Assembly: GCA_000004985.1 (NCBI GenBank)
Contig: GG738849.1
Strand: one strand, 5' to 3'
Length of the DNA stretch: 64,000 nucleotides
Source: Naegleria gruberi
Lineage: Eukaryota
The notes below the pieces were generated by a model. That model was not told the DNA's origin. It was given only the letters and a program-made list of their open reading frames with translations, and made no database searches. Position 1 is the first letter of the stretch. Each line of letters opens with the position of its first letter. The position numbers and the translations under genes were made by a program. This document shows, piece after piece, positions 44,076 to 55,129 of this stretch.

Positions 44076-45878
44076 TTATTGTTGATCGACTTGGTCATAG
44101 AGAAGAGAGTGAATGAGGGAAGGAATGGAAGTTTTTGATTCTTGAGCTTGGAGGGAAAGGAGATTGGCCAGCTCTGGATCTTTTTGGAGGTGAGTGAACA
44201 TGCTGGTGGCTCTAATGTTTTCCAATTGAATGTTGTAATAGATGTGGATGTATTCAGTGTTGAAAGAGGAGAGGATGAGGACCAGTTCATTATTGTGTCG
44301 GGGAGTGAGCGAAAATTTTCCACAATAACAATTGGCTAGTTGGTTTTTGAAATTGTAGGTCACGATATTCTTCTCGTGGTCGAGAATGTAAATGATACCA
44401 TCCCATGATGTTATCAGTAATTGAGAATTTTGAGAGGATGTAATGAAATTGTGCGCACTGAGGGAGAGAATTTCATGTTCAATATTGACAAAATAGTCGT
44501 AATATTGATGATAGTTTTGCTTAGTGATGGTATAGTTGGGTGCGTGAACGATGGTGCCTTTCGTGGAGAGGATCTCTTCTGTAATGTTGAATTGTTTGAA
44601 TGGATCGATTACTATGACTTCTCCGCTCAATCCTGAGAGGGCTACACATTGATTTTCTCCAAATTTCACATTACCAACCACTGTGAGAGGTTCATTCTTG
44701 AAATTAATATGTTTTGGTTCAATAATTATTACAGTATCTATTGATGAAATAATTCCAAAACCTCCTGATACAAATCCTAATATTATCGAATCATTGTGAA
44801 TGGAAATACTATTAACTTGATTATCCTTCGTGTAAATTTCCTTCAAAAAAACAAAATCGACTCCATTTTGCTTTTCCATAAATTTGTAAACAAAGAGGTT
44901 TCTATTATTTCCTCCAAAAATGATTTCCTCAACTCCATCCTTATCAATATCAAAACTAATTGCACAATTAATATTACATGGAATCCTCGAAGTTAAAAAT
45001 GGAAGAATTGCCTCACTTCTATTTCTTGAATTAATGTGAACTGTTGGTTGATGGAATTGTGCAGTCGGTGGAGATGGACTTCTTGAAGGTGGCACAAAAT
45101 TGCCCTGTTCAGTTGGTGTTATAGGTGTAGTATCAAGTGATGTCTTACTCGAATATGAAGAAGGTATATGCAATGGTGTTGGTATATCTTGTCCAGTTCC
45201 CAATGATGACAACATATCATGAAAAGGATTCGATTGACTATCAGCAGTCATGGAACTATCATAACTATTCACACTGATATTATCATTTTCCATAGTGTAG
45301 GGATGATTCGTATTAAAGGTAGTTTGACTTTCCACACTTTGTGCATCATCAAAACAATTACTAAGAGTTGTCGATGGACGTTCTGTGAATTTGAAAAAGT
45401 GTACTTCTCCCTCAGCACAAATAACAATTAAAATTGGCATTGCCTCCCAACATCCACACGATGAAGCAGGTAATTTTCCATAAATTATTGCTGAAATCTA
45501 AATTCATTCCGAAATTAATCATATTCAACAATTAATCCAAAATAAATAAATTATTCATAATCATAATAAATTAAAGTCAATATTCATAATAATAATAATT
45601 ATAAATAATAAATTATATTACCAATATATATCCAAATCAATTCAAATAAAACCCACCGTTCCTAAATTAACACAAACATATTTCGGATACTTGTATTGAA
45701 TAAATTGATAAATACACAATGTTCCGTTAATATTTCCAATCACCAATTCTCTCAAACCATCTCCATCAACGTCTTCCAAGAGAATGGCATTCTGAGCAAG
45801 GCTTGTTTTTTGATCAAAGTACAAATCATGCGAATCGACAAAGGAAACTTGTCTCAGCGTCGGATGTTGTTGAATCAT
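44076..45878 (-). CDS. ITFG2: ITFG2 ortholog (integrin-alpha FG-GAP repeat-containing protein 2, KICSTOR subunit family); 2 exons
   Basis: Exon 1 (45657..45878) encodes MIQQHPTLRQVSFVDSHDLYFDQKTSLAQNAILLEDVDGDGLRELVIGNINGTLCIYQF, matching the human ITFG2 N-terminus (YVQRVALEF...[29 protein letters not shown]). A 159-nt intron at about 45498..45656 has a GTGGGT donor. Exon 2 (44076..45497) carries AEGEVHFFKF (human AEGWFHLFDL), a second DIDKDGVEEIIFGG FG-GAP block, WDGIIYILDHEKNIVTYNF (human WDGQTYIIDHNRTVVRFQV) and EYIHIYYNIQLENIRAT (human QKIYVYWEVQLERMEST). Confidence 0.75.
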
Positions 45879-46247
45879 TTTTTTTTAATTCCAATTTTTT
45901 TAATATTAAATATTTTTGTAACATTGTATAAAAGTATTTAAATATTTAATATTTTAAATAGTGCAAGATAGAAGGAATTCAAAATGATGAAAAAGTGGTG
46001 ATTTCAAATAAACTTTTGAAAATTCAATTTCATCTTGCTGCCTTCTTGGATGATCTAATTTTGGCGCCATATTCGGAATTTGAAAAGAACTTCATCTTCA
46101 ACAAAAAAAATATTCAAAAAAAAAGTTCAAGAACGAAACTCTCTCTCGGAATTTAAAATTTGAGAGTTTTTTTGATCATCAAACTAGACAATCGGGCACA
46201 CATAAAGGAATCTTTTTTGAATTCAAAGAGCTTATGGAAGAGGACTC

Positions 46248-48818
46248 ATGAGTATTAATTTAACAAGCAACAGGATGACTTTTTATGATAATCATCATGG
46301 TGTGCAAAATGAGAGTGTCGTGAATGGTAGTGGTGGTAGTGTTGGTGGACCTCATGAAGTGGAGGCTTTGAAACAACAATTGGAAAAGGAAAAACAAATG
46401 AATAAGAAATTAATGTCGAATATCAAGAAAATTAAAAAGAAAATGATTGATGTTTCGGCTTTAATTGAATTGCATGATGGATTGAAAAAGAGAATAGAGG
46501 AACAAAATGGTGAGCTTCAAAAATTCTATCAACAAAATCAAATACTTTTGACTGAAAATGCTAATTTGAAGAAGAATGCTCCACCACCACCAAAACAATC
46601 AAATGATTCATCTGAGCAGTTGGCTCAATTACAAAAATTACGATTTGAAAAAATAGAGTTGGAAAATAAGGTGAAAACCCTTAAAGAAAAAATTGAAAGA
46701 GTGAATTCTGAAAAGGACACGATGAAAAAACAATTTGAAACTGAGGAAAAGAAATGGAAGAAACAAGAGGCTACTCAGCAACAAGTGGAAGAACTAAGAT
46801 CCAAGTTTGCATTAGCTCAGAAAGAATTAACCGAATTGAGAAGTAAGAAGGGATTCATGTCATATGCTGATTTTGCAATTGTCAAACCAACTGTTTCTGA
46901 AGAAAAGGAAAAGAAGATATGCAAATCTGTGGCTGTTAATACAGAGGCATCATTGTTGGAAAGGTACATTGCTCAAAAGTATCCTAGTAGAGCTGTCTCT
47001 ACACCAATTAGCAAACCAAAAGAAGTTGTCATTCCTGCTAGTAGCCAAAATGACGATGATGATGAATTTGAACCACTTGGATCTATGGATACATCGATTG
47101 ATATAATTACTCCTCCTCAATTGCCATCAAAGCCATTGTTACTACCTAAACCAACTCTACCTTTACAACCAGTTACCGTTACCACCACAACTACAACCCT
47201 TAAGAGAAAGAATGAAGAAAAGGAGAAGGAGAAACAACTCGAGAGGAAATTGAAAAAGATGAAAAAGCCAACTTCTGAAGAATTTGAAGAAGTTTTGCCA
47301 TCTTCCAAACCTGTTTCTACACCCTCAATAATTCAAATGCCATCCCCATCTCACATTTCAATAGTTGAAAAGAGAATTAATAAGGATGCAGTGGAAAAAT
47401 CAAGGGAAGAAATGCCACCACCTAAAACAGTTCCAACTACAGTGGCTAGTTCAAATAATGAACTGTCAACACCACAATTACCACCAATATTCTTTGAAAA
47501 ATTGGAGAATCAAACTGTGGAGATTTATATCGAGAATATCTTTATCAACTTTATTTGTAAATTTGAGCCATTCTTTAGTGAGACCAAGCATCAATCATCT
47601 CTACTAGGAGATGTCAATAGAGCTTGTAAAAAAATTTGGACAAATTACCCTAAGCAAACGAATGAAATAGCCAATGGTATTTTAACAATTATTGCCAAGT
47701 TGATCGCAAGTAAGGCATCATGTGAAAAGTGGGGATTATGTATAATTTTATTAGATCACATGGATATTTATAGTTTTTCCAACCAACTATTGGAAACCAT
47801 TTTTGCTAATTTGTATATTACAATCACTTCATTTATTACCGGTATTGAGAGTAGTGACCAATCATTCAAAAAGTTGATGGCTCTTTTGGCTGGTATTAGT
47901 ACAATTAGTAATGCTAAATTTGCCAGACCTGACTTTTGCATGTTTTCCAGGGTAAAGGAGATATTTTACTACATATTACAATATAGCTTACAAAATACGA
48001 GAAACCAATTTGGAATGATTAAGTATTCTAATTTCCAACTTTTACTTGCCATGCTAACTTCAAACAGGAGGTTAATTACAAATGGATTTGACACCTACTC
48101 TCCTCTAGATTTGGCAATTTATTTTACATTCTGTAGTATGCAAAGCAAACTTAGTTCGAGTCAAAACTTATTAGATGCCGAGAATACCAAGGCTATTGGA
48201 GATATTGAAAAACTCAAGGATCTTTACAAGTTAAAGGATCAAACAAATCTCACACCACCTTCCCTCTCGCAGACCATTATTGAGAGTATTCATACAGGTA
48301 CAGATGAAAAATCCATAGCACAAGCATCGAATGCATTGGGCTTGCTCACTTGTTTAGTAGATGATTGGAACTTTACATTTAATACTGTGATTTTGAATGG
48401 ATTATGGTCTCTCGTACTCAAATATCTGAATGATGGAAATTCTAAACTGATAGCAGTCTTGTCCATCATTTCAAAGCTCGCCATTTACAGATCACAACAA
48501 ATACCACTGGAAAACAAATCCAACCAAAATGAATGGGATAGTTTGGAAATTTATCATGATGGCCTTGGAGATTTATTGGAAAAGTTCAACTCCATTCTCT
48601 TACTGGAAAATGTTTTCTCAATGGAAGCGTCGAAACTTGTTGCAGATACTATGATTGAAATTGTTGTTAACAAATTAGCCCTTTCCAAATTACTTCCTTA
48701 TCAAGAAAAGCAAGAATATTTCATTCAAACACTCAAAGTCCATCTAGACACGGCAAAAGATTGGATTCAAAAACATATGGTAGAATCAGACCTATTCAAA
48801 ATAATTAATGTTGTTTAA
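46248..48818 (+). CDS. hypothetical protein of 856 aa: N-terminal coiled-coil (about 200 aa), then a P/S/T-rich linker and a C-terminal alpha-helical (ARM/HEAT-like) domain
   Basis: Single ORF with strongly coding-like composition. The architecture resembles checkpoint or scaffold proteins, but no motif permits a call. Confidence 0.5.
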   Translation: MSINLTSNRMTFYDNHHGVQNESVVNGSGGSVGGPHEVEALKQQLEKEKQMNKKLMSNIKKIKKKMIDVSALIELHDGLKKRIEEQNGELQKFYQQNQILLTENANLKKNAPPPPKQSNDSSEQLAQLQKLRFEKIELENKVKTLKEKIERVNSEKDTMKKQFETEEKKWKKQEATQQQVEELRSKFALAQKELTELRSKKGFMSYADFAIVKPTVSEEKEKKICKSVAVNTEASLLERYIAQKYPSRAVSTPISKPKEVVIPASSQNDDDDEFEPLGSMDTSIDIITPPQLPSKPLLLPKPTLPLQPVTVTTTTTTLKRKNEEKEKEKQLERKLKKMKKPTSEEFEEVLPSSKPVSTPSIIQMPSPSHISIVEKRINKDAVEKSREEMPPPKTVPTTVASSNNELSTPQLPPIFFEKLENQTVEIYIENIFINFICKFEPFFSETKHQSSLLGDVNRACKKIWTNYPKQTNEIANGILTIIAKLIASKASCEKWGLCIILLDHMDIYSFSNQLLETIFANLYITITSFITGIESSDQSFKKLMALLAGISTISNAKFARPDFCMFSRVKEIFYYILQYSLQNTRNQFGMIKYSNFQLLLAMLTSNRRLITNGFDTYSPLDLAIYFTFCSMQSKLSSSQNLLDAENTKAIGDIEKLKDLYKLKDQTNLTPPSLSQTIIESIHTGTDEKSIAQASNALGLLTCLVDDWNFTFNTVILNGLWSLVLKYLNDGNSKLIAVLSIISKLAIYRSQQIPLENKSNQNEWDSLEIYHDGLGDLLEKFNSILLLENVFSMEASKLVADTMIEIVVNKLALSKLLPYQEKQEYFIQTLKVHLDTAKDWIQKHMVESDLFKIINVV

Positions 48819-48824
48819 TTGAGA

Positions 48825-50534
48825 TTAATTGAGGACTGGTACTTTTTCCTGTTGTTTATCTTCTACTTCAGTTAAAGATTCAATTTCTGTAAGTAACAGT
48901 GATAAATAAACATCAATCTTTTTGCATCCAACACTATCACCCTTCTTTTTCAACTCTTGTTGTTGCTTTTCATATTGTAATATCTTTTGTTGCAGTTTTG
49001 GTACCACCTCTAAAGGTTTGAATTTGTTCATCTTTTTCTTGAGATTGAGCATTTTAAGTTTCAATGTACAAAACTCCTTAATTTCTTCATTGTTGGAGTT
49101 GTCTCGTTCATATTCCAAAATGGAAAAGCTGTCTGTTGGTAGATCATCCGTAGTTGGGAAGGATGAAATTGGTTCTTCTGGCTTGTTGCTTTCCGATGTT
49201 TTGGAGCCTTCCTTTTGAGGTGTTGTAGGTTGTTTTTCAGTGGATGTTGGCTCCAAATTTCCCATTTCTAATCTTTCCAATTCTTTACTCAGCTCTTCTT
49301 CATTAAATTCCAAACCTTGAGCCTTGTTCATTTCTTCCATTCCAGAATCGATTATATTTTTGATTTCCTTATAGTCAGAGAGTGCCTCTGCAATATTTTC
49401 AAGAGACTCGTCTTGAATGGTATTCAGTTCTGTATTGAATTGTTTTAAAGTTCCTGCTCCTACTGAAAGACTCTTAATAACTTCAATATCAGTAGTGGCA
49501 TTTTCAATACTGCTCAATAATTCAAAAACATTATGAAGAGCTGCATTTCTCTTCTCTAAAATATTGCTAACAAGCTTTTTCTTCTTTAAAATCCATTTGG
49601 CTTCATCCCTCTTACCCTTGGTAATGTATTCTTTTGCTTGGTGGATGAGACTTTCCATCTTTAATTCCAAACTTTTGACTTCCTTTTTGAGTAAACTCAT
49701 ACTTTCTTTCAAGTGAATAATACCAGCAGCTTTCTGTGAAGACATTTCTCCTTGCTTTAAAAATGTCTTTTTGATTGCTGCTTCCTCAAAGCAGACAACA
49801 CCCTTTTTGGAATTTGAAATTTCAATCACATAGGCTGCCTCTTCACAATGCATATATCTCAATAGCAAATCCAATTGACTGAAATCATAATTCGGAAAGT
49901 GAATTTCTCTCAATTCACTTGGACAAAAGTACAAGTCAACATTTGTTACATGATTTTTCACTGCATTTCTAATAAAATTATAAGTTATTTCCTTGAGAGG
50001 TTTCATGACAATATATTGATTATCTTCATGGATCTTGGTATTATTTACAGCAACATCTGATCCAGTATTGGTCAAGGAACTTTGTCTTCCAAAGAACCAT
50101 GTTGTGGCCACATCCACCAACCAACTAGTTATTCCCTGATTATTACTAATATCATACACTTTTTTAAATTCATTAATTGAAATCAAATCTCCATCATGAA
50201 TCATTTGTTGCTGTATAAATTCAATCATTCTATCAAGTTTATAAAATTCAAAACTTACAATGATAGTTTGCCATCCCAATGTAGTTTCCACAATACCTTC
50301 ATCACTCTTCTTACGTCTACTCATGAAAGTTTTCATTTGGCCAATCGTAACAATCAAGATTGAATTTTTATAAAATTCCGAAATGATCGATAAGAGAACA
50401 TTCCTCCAAAACTTTAATCTAGTATCCCAATCATTGATATTAATTTGTCTAGACTTTTTAAAATTGCTCATGTAAAAGAGCATTGATTTATCGTCCTTCC
50501 ATTCTGGAAATTTTCTCTCAACAAATTCATTCAA
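48825..50534 (-). CDS. CHMP7: CHMP7 (ESCRT-III-like protein with N-terminal winged-helix region and C-terminal Snf7 domain)
   Basis: The N-terminus FPEWKDDKSMLFYMSNFKKSRQININDWDTRLKFWRNVLLSII aligns with human CHMP7 [43 protein letters not shown]. The C-terminal Snf7-like coiled region reads KAAGIIHLKESMSLLKKEVKSLELKMESLIHQAKEYITKGKRDEAKWILKKKKL...IEVIKSLSVGAGTLKQF. Confidence 0.85.
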   Translation of the reverse strand: MNEFVERKFPEWKDDKSMLFYMSNFKKSRQININDWDTRLKFWRNVLLSIISEFYKNSILIVTIGQMKTFMSRRKKSDEGIVETTLGWQTIIVSFEFYKLDRMIEFIQQQMIHDGDLISINEFKKVYDISNNQGITSWLVDVATTWFFGRQSSLTNTGSDVAVNNTKIHEDNQYIVMKPLKEITYNFIRNAVKNHVTNVDLYFCPSELREIHFPNYDFSQLDLLLRYMHCEEAAYVIEISNSKKGVVCFEEAAIKKTFLKQGEMSSQKAAGIIHLKESMSLLKKEVKSLELKMESLIHQAKEYITKGKRDEAKWILKKKKLVSNILEKRNAALHNVFELLSSIENATTDIEVIKSLSVGAGTLKQFNTELNTIQDESLENIAEALSDYKEIKNIIDSGMEEMNKAQGLEFNEEELSKELERLEMGNLEPTSTEKQPTTPQKEGSKTSESNKPEEPISSFPTTDDLPTDSFSILEYERDNSNNEEIKEFCTLKLKMLNLKKKMNKFKPLEVVPKLQQKILQYEKQQQELKKKGDSVGCKKIDVYLSLLLTEIESLTEVEDKQQEKVPVLN

Positions 50535-51249
50535 TCGTTTTTCTAATTAATTATAAATTTATATTATTAATTATTAATATTATCAAGAATAATTGTAAAG
50601 TATTAATCAGAGGAGGTTATGAAGAAGATTAAATTGATCACAGATCGGAAGAGTTTCATTATATTAATAAATTGATCGGTTAAAACAAACCTTCATCGGA
50701 GAGGTGATCAATAATTGCATTGCTACCATTATTATTATTAGTTGTTGTTGTTATTGGTAATTTTCCTTCATCTTCTTCGTCCACTACTATTGGATGATCT
50801 TTTGAATTGCCTTGATTACTTTGCTGTGGCATCATTTTTTTTTTAAATACTTTAATTATTTAACAATTATTTAACCATTTTACAAAAACAACAAATAACT
50901 CTCATTTCTTCAAAAGTGATTTAGAGAGAAAAATACAATCCGATTACTTCCACGTCCTCTCTGATTTATCCTATAGAATCCTCATCATGATGAACATTGT
51001 CAAAATACTGTTCAATTTTGCTTGTTCATCGTGTTTCCATTATTGTGGTAATACCATGGTATGAGAGATAATAAAAACCATTGCCTTAACACTCCATGGT
51101 GGAGATACGGTTTTTTCATCTCCCTTAGAAAAGGAAATTCAAGGAAAATTGACTCTTTGCAAGTAAAACTTATTCACTCTTTTTGCTTTGAGAATAAAGT
51201 TGAACATTGAATCGACAGTTTATAATTCCTTCAATAAGAATGAGTTTAA

Positions 51250-52161
51250 TTAATGGCTTGATTTAAATTCATGGTCTTCATTGAGGAGTTCATTGAAGGA
51301 AATGGAAACTCGTTTGATTTTTCTTCCACATGATGCATTCTCTGACATTTTGGAAGGTTTTGAAATGGTTTGTTTAGAGTATTGAGGAGGAGGATGTGGA
51401 GAGTGCTCCTGAGCTGATTTTGCTTGTAGAGCTAGAGAGCTTGGAGCATGGTGTTGATGAGGAGGATTCATGGTTGATGGAGCATGAGGGCGTTCATAGG
51501 ACACTACTCTCTCATACGATACTGTACATGCTGGTTTTGGTGGAGTATTTACAGGGAGGTGATGGTAATTTTGAGGTGCTTGATATTTGATTGTATTCGG
51601 AATAAGCATGGGATGGTGATTGTGTGGAATTTGCAAATTGGTTTGGTGCTGGTAAATTATTGGTATAGCAAGAGTTGCAGTAGCTTGTTCGTAATGAACT
51701 GTATTCACAGGAGAATGGAGAATAACATGAGTATGTTGGGAAGGAATTGTTTGAGGAGGTGGAACTGTCCTCCTACTCACAATGGATTGATTTAGAAGAG
51801 ATTGAGCCACCTTCGTCGTGGAACTATTCAATTCAGGTGATTTCCTTGATTGACTCGAAGAGTTTGATTGAGCCAACCGTTGTTGAATAATTGATAATTG
51901 AATCTGTTTCAAATCATCTAACTTTTTCAATGGCTCCAGAATTTCAGTTCTTCGAGTCATTACAAGTTTTTGATTTGGTGGTGATTTTCTCCCACCAGAG
52001 AATGAAGCATTATTAGAGGAGAAGGAGTGGTGTTTCAGCGAATTTTGTTGAGAGAATGATAAAACATTGTCTGAAGAGTTGTGGGTGGTATTGGCAGAAG
52101 AAGGTTTCTCAAAGTGCACAATGCTGAATTTCATCTCTTTTTTTTGAAATGAAAAGAGCAC
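51250..52161 (-). CDS. low-complexity P/H/S/Q-rich hypothetical protein (303 aa)
   Basis: Single ORF with compositional bias (PPPQTIPSQHTHVILHSPVNT..., HHPMLIPNTIKYQAPQNYHHLPVNTPPKP). No domain recognised. Confidence 0.4.
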   Translation of the reverse strand: MLFSFQKKEMKFSIVHFEKPSSANTTHNSSDNVLSFSQQNSLKHHSFSSNNASFSGGRKSPPNQKLVMTRRTEILEPLKKLDDLKQIQLSIIQQRLAQSNSSSQSRKSPELNSSTTKVAQSLLNQSIVSRRTVPPPQTIPSQHTHVILHSPVNTVHYEQATATLAIPIIYQHQTNLQIPHNHHPMLIPNTIKYQAPQNYHHLPVNTPPKPACTVSYERVVSYERPHAPSTMNPPHQHHAPSSLALQAKSAQEHSPHPPPQYSKQTISKPSKMSENASCGRKIKRVSISFNELLNEDHEFKSSH

Positions 52162-52457
52162 AGAAAATAGTAAACAGGGTGCTTTATTCTTCTCTCGCTG
52201 TTACGGCTTGTACAGGAATGTTACGATCGTTATCATCTCCAAACAGGAGGCTTGTAATGCAAGTTGTTCCGTTGGAACAATATCTTCCTTAATAGGCGTT
52301 TCTTCATTTGTCCTTTAAATATTCCATGGCCAATTCAGTGTAATGCAAGGTCTGTGTGTTTTAATGAGAATTTACAAGAGTTAGGGTGATAAAACTAATC
52401 ACCACTTGATTTCTCAAATGTGAGCTTTCTCAATTGTGGATCCTTATTGGATGGTCT

Positions 52458-53057
52458 CTATTCCGATTCTGGTTCCTCTTTTACTGTTTGTGATGACGGT
52501 GACTTTATAGTTTCTGTGGACAAGGCACAACTAGTGGAAGGAACTGCATTGGATTGCTCCCAAGTTGTTAATGGTTCACTTGTGGCAGGGGTGTAAATTT
52601 CAAGGGATGGTGTTTCACCACAAGAAATTTCCTCTTGCTCCTCTTCCTTAACTCCATCATGGTTAGCGAATTGATTTGGTTGGGGTGTATTGTTTGGAAT
52701 ATTGAGATGGGTTGTGGTGGATTGGTGTGTTGCACCACCATCCGACGAAGCAGTTGGCAAATAACCTTCACAATTAAGTGTCTCTTGAATTACCATGGCA
52801 AATAGAATTTGTAATATTTCGCCCATCTTTCCCTTAATTGGATTCTTTGATAAATCAATATCTGGAAAATCATTAGTCAATTCTTCCAAAACTTGTTTCG
52901 AAGGCAATTTACTATAAGGATGATATCTCACTTGATGAGAATGCTCTTGACAATCTGATTTGTTTTCTTTCATTCTTTCCGATGCAATGATAATAATAAT
53001 TATAAAATTTGATTCGATCAATAAACGTTGTGTCACAACTGGGCAGTTACTGTTCAA
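52458..53057 (-). CDS. hypothetical protein of about 175-199 aa with a conserved-looking N-terminal helical block and an acidic C-terminus
   Basis: ORF with a likely start at MKENKSDCQEHSHQVRYHPYSKLPSKQVLEEL...KGKMGEILQILFAMVIQETL. Unassigned. Confidence 0.4.
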   Translation of the reverse strand: MNSNCPVVTQRLLIESNFIIIIIIASERMKENKSDCQEHSHQVRYHPYSKLPSKQVLEELTNDFPDIDLSKNPIKGKMGEILQILFAMVIQETLNCEGYLPTASSDGGATHQSTTTHLNIPNNTPQPNQFANHDGVKEEEQEEISCGETPSLEIYTPATSEPLTTWEQSNAVPSTSCALSTETIKSPSSQTVKEEPESE

Positions 53058-53749
53058 AGTAAAATTGTAGTAGAATCTTGTTTGTTTTTTTAGATTTGGT
53101 TTTTCTCTCAGAACGCAATCATCTCTCCAACTATTTATTCAAACCAGCACTCTCAGGAGTAGCACAAAATCAGCACATCGTACAGCAGATCATGATGCGT
53201 CCTGTTGCCAATTATTCGTTGATTGCATCCCGATATTACCAATGTGCAGAATTCATATAAACGTGATGGTATTATCCTCGAAAAAACCAAAAGAATTTTG
53301 CTTGACTGAAGATCGAGATGCAACAGCTTCAGTTTTGGCGAGATTCGAAAAACGAGAATCTATGCATTTTTTTGGGTTTTTACTTTGTTAGAAATTTGGC
53401 GCCAATTGATTGGTTGTTTGTGGCTACTATTTGGACAAGGAGAATAGTTGGTGGTTCTTTCAACAGTCAAAATGTCAAAAAATGTGTTTGTGTCCAAAAT
53501 AGAGAATTACTAAATGTTGTTCATTTGGATTTATTGAACTTGGTTGAGTTGCATTACAATGATTATTGAGTATTATTGGGAATTAATATTGTTGAGCAAG
53601 AGTTTATTTATATGATTAGTTTGGATTATTGATGCATTTATTCGAATCAAACATTCCAACAGCATACAACACGGATTTCCATTGCATGACAAGTTTTCAA
53701 TACAATATCAAATAAAACACTCAACGTTTACAATTTCATAATTGCAATT

Positions 53750-55129
53750 TTATTTTCTCTCTAATAGAGATGCAATACTAGGTAGGAAACGAATCGAATT
53801 CTCTCCCTCACTTTCATCCTCCGACAAATGTTGCGCATCGTAACCTCTAGTTCTGAAACTCTTTTCTGTATTGGCCATTATTGAAAACCCTGCCCTCTGC
53901 TCTAAACCAAATGGTTGGTCATTGCCACTATTTGGAAACAGATAACAATTTGAAGAAGGACCACTATTTCCATAATTGAATGGTTGGTGTTTTGATTGGT
54001 TTGGATTCAGGTCGTCATGCATTACACAAATATCGCCAGTCAATGACATGGATGGTAGTGAGTGTTTTGGTGAGGGAAATGATGGTGATTGTGAAACTGT
54101 AGTTGAGGGAGTTTGGATGGATTTTCTATTGTAATGTTGGTGCTCTGAATCTTGGTGTTGACTGGATGGATTGCAACAACAGGACTGCTGTTTGGTTAGA
54201 TTGGTAAGAGATTCTTCATTGATTCGCTCATGATCTCTTTTACCAGTGACTAGATACAGAATTGAGGAGGAAATATCCTCGAAAAAGGAAGAAGATAATC
54301 CACTACTGCAATTGCTTCCATTGTTTAAATGTGGAGAAATTAACGAATCGTGATTATTTTGTGTGTTTGAATCTGTGTTACCCATTGTGGTTATTGAAAG
54401 TAAGAGTGGAATCTGATTGGTTTGATTTCGGTTTGTGAGTTGTTGTGGAATCTTGAACGAATTGGTCGACGAATTGGATAGAACTGGAGAGGAAGTGAAT
54501 GGAGATGGAGTGGACAATGGTTGTTGTTCACTTGTAACCATCATTCGATTAGGATTCATTATTGAATGTTGATTATTTAGAGTTGGAGAATTGCCACTTA
54601 ATGGTAGTTGTTCCCTGTTTTGATTTGAATGAGGAGGTGGTAATGAATCAGTCGAATGCTTTCGTTTCTTCTTCTTACTTTCGAATGAGTTATGAGTCAA
54701 TGGTGAGTGTGAAGAATAATCACTCTGTAAAAGTAAGTTGGAAATATCACACGAGCCATCGAATGGATTTTCTCTCTTCTTATTTGTTTTCTTATTCGAT
54801 TCAAAGACTAAAAGTGAGCAGTGTGGAATTTGTTGTTGCTTGTTTTCCACAACAACCAACTGCTTTTGATTGCAATTAGATCTTGTTTGTTTCTTCTTCA
54901 TGCTGTTATCTGGCATTGGTTTAATTGTATTTCTTTTTTGTTGAAGATTAAAGCAAAGTTGCTTTGAGTGGTACAATTTCAACCAAATAACTTGGCGTAC
55001 ATAACAATTCTGGTGTGCACGATATTGGTTATGTTTCCTTTCAACGATCAATTGGACATTCGTACTGTATGGTTTTATATTACGATACGATAGTTCATTC
55101 ACTTTATGGATTATACACGTATTGTCCAA
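53750..55129 (-). CDS. low-complexity S/N/Q/T-rich hypothetical nuclear-type protein (459 aa)
   Basis: Single ORF. Contains a basic patch (SKKKKRKHS) and homopolymeric/low-complexity tracts. No domain recognised. Confidence 0.4.
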   Translation of the reverse strand: MDNTCIIHKVNELSYRNIKPYSTNVQLIVERKHNQYRAHQNCYVRQVIWLKLYHSKQLCFNLQQKRNTIKPMPDNSMKKKQTRSNCNQKQLVVVENKQQQIPHCSLLVFESNKKTNKKRENPFDGSCDISNLLLQSDYSSHSPLTHNSFESKKKKRKHSTDSLPPPHSNQNREQLPLSGNSPTLNNQHSIMNPNRMMVTSEQQPLSTPSPFTSSPVLSNSSTNSFKIPQQLTNRNQTNQIPLLLSITTMGNTDSNTQNNHDSLISPHLNNGSNCSSGLSSSFFEDISSSILYLVTGKRDHERINEESLTNLTKQQSCCCNPSSQHQDSEHQHYNRKSIQTPSTTVSQSPSFPSPKHSLPSMSLTGDICVMHDDLNPNQSKHQPFNYGNSGPSSNCYLFPNSGNDQPFGLEQRAGFSIMANTEKSFRTRGYDAQHLSEDESEGENSIRFLPSIASLLERK

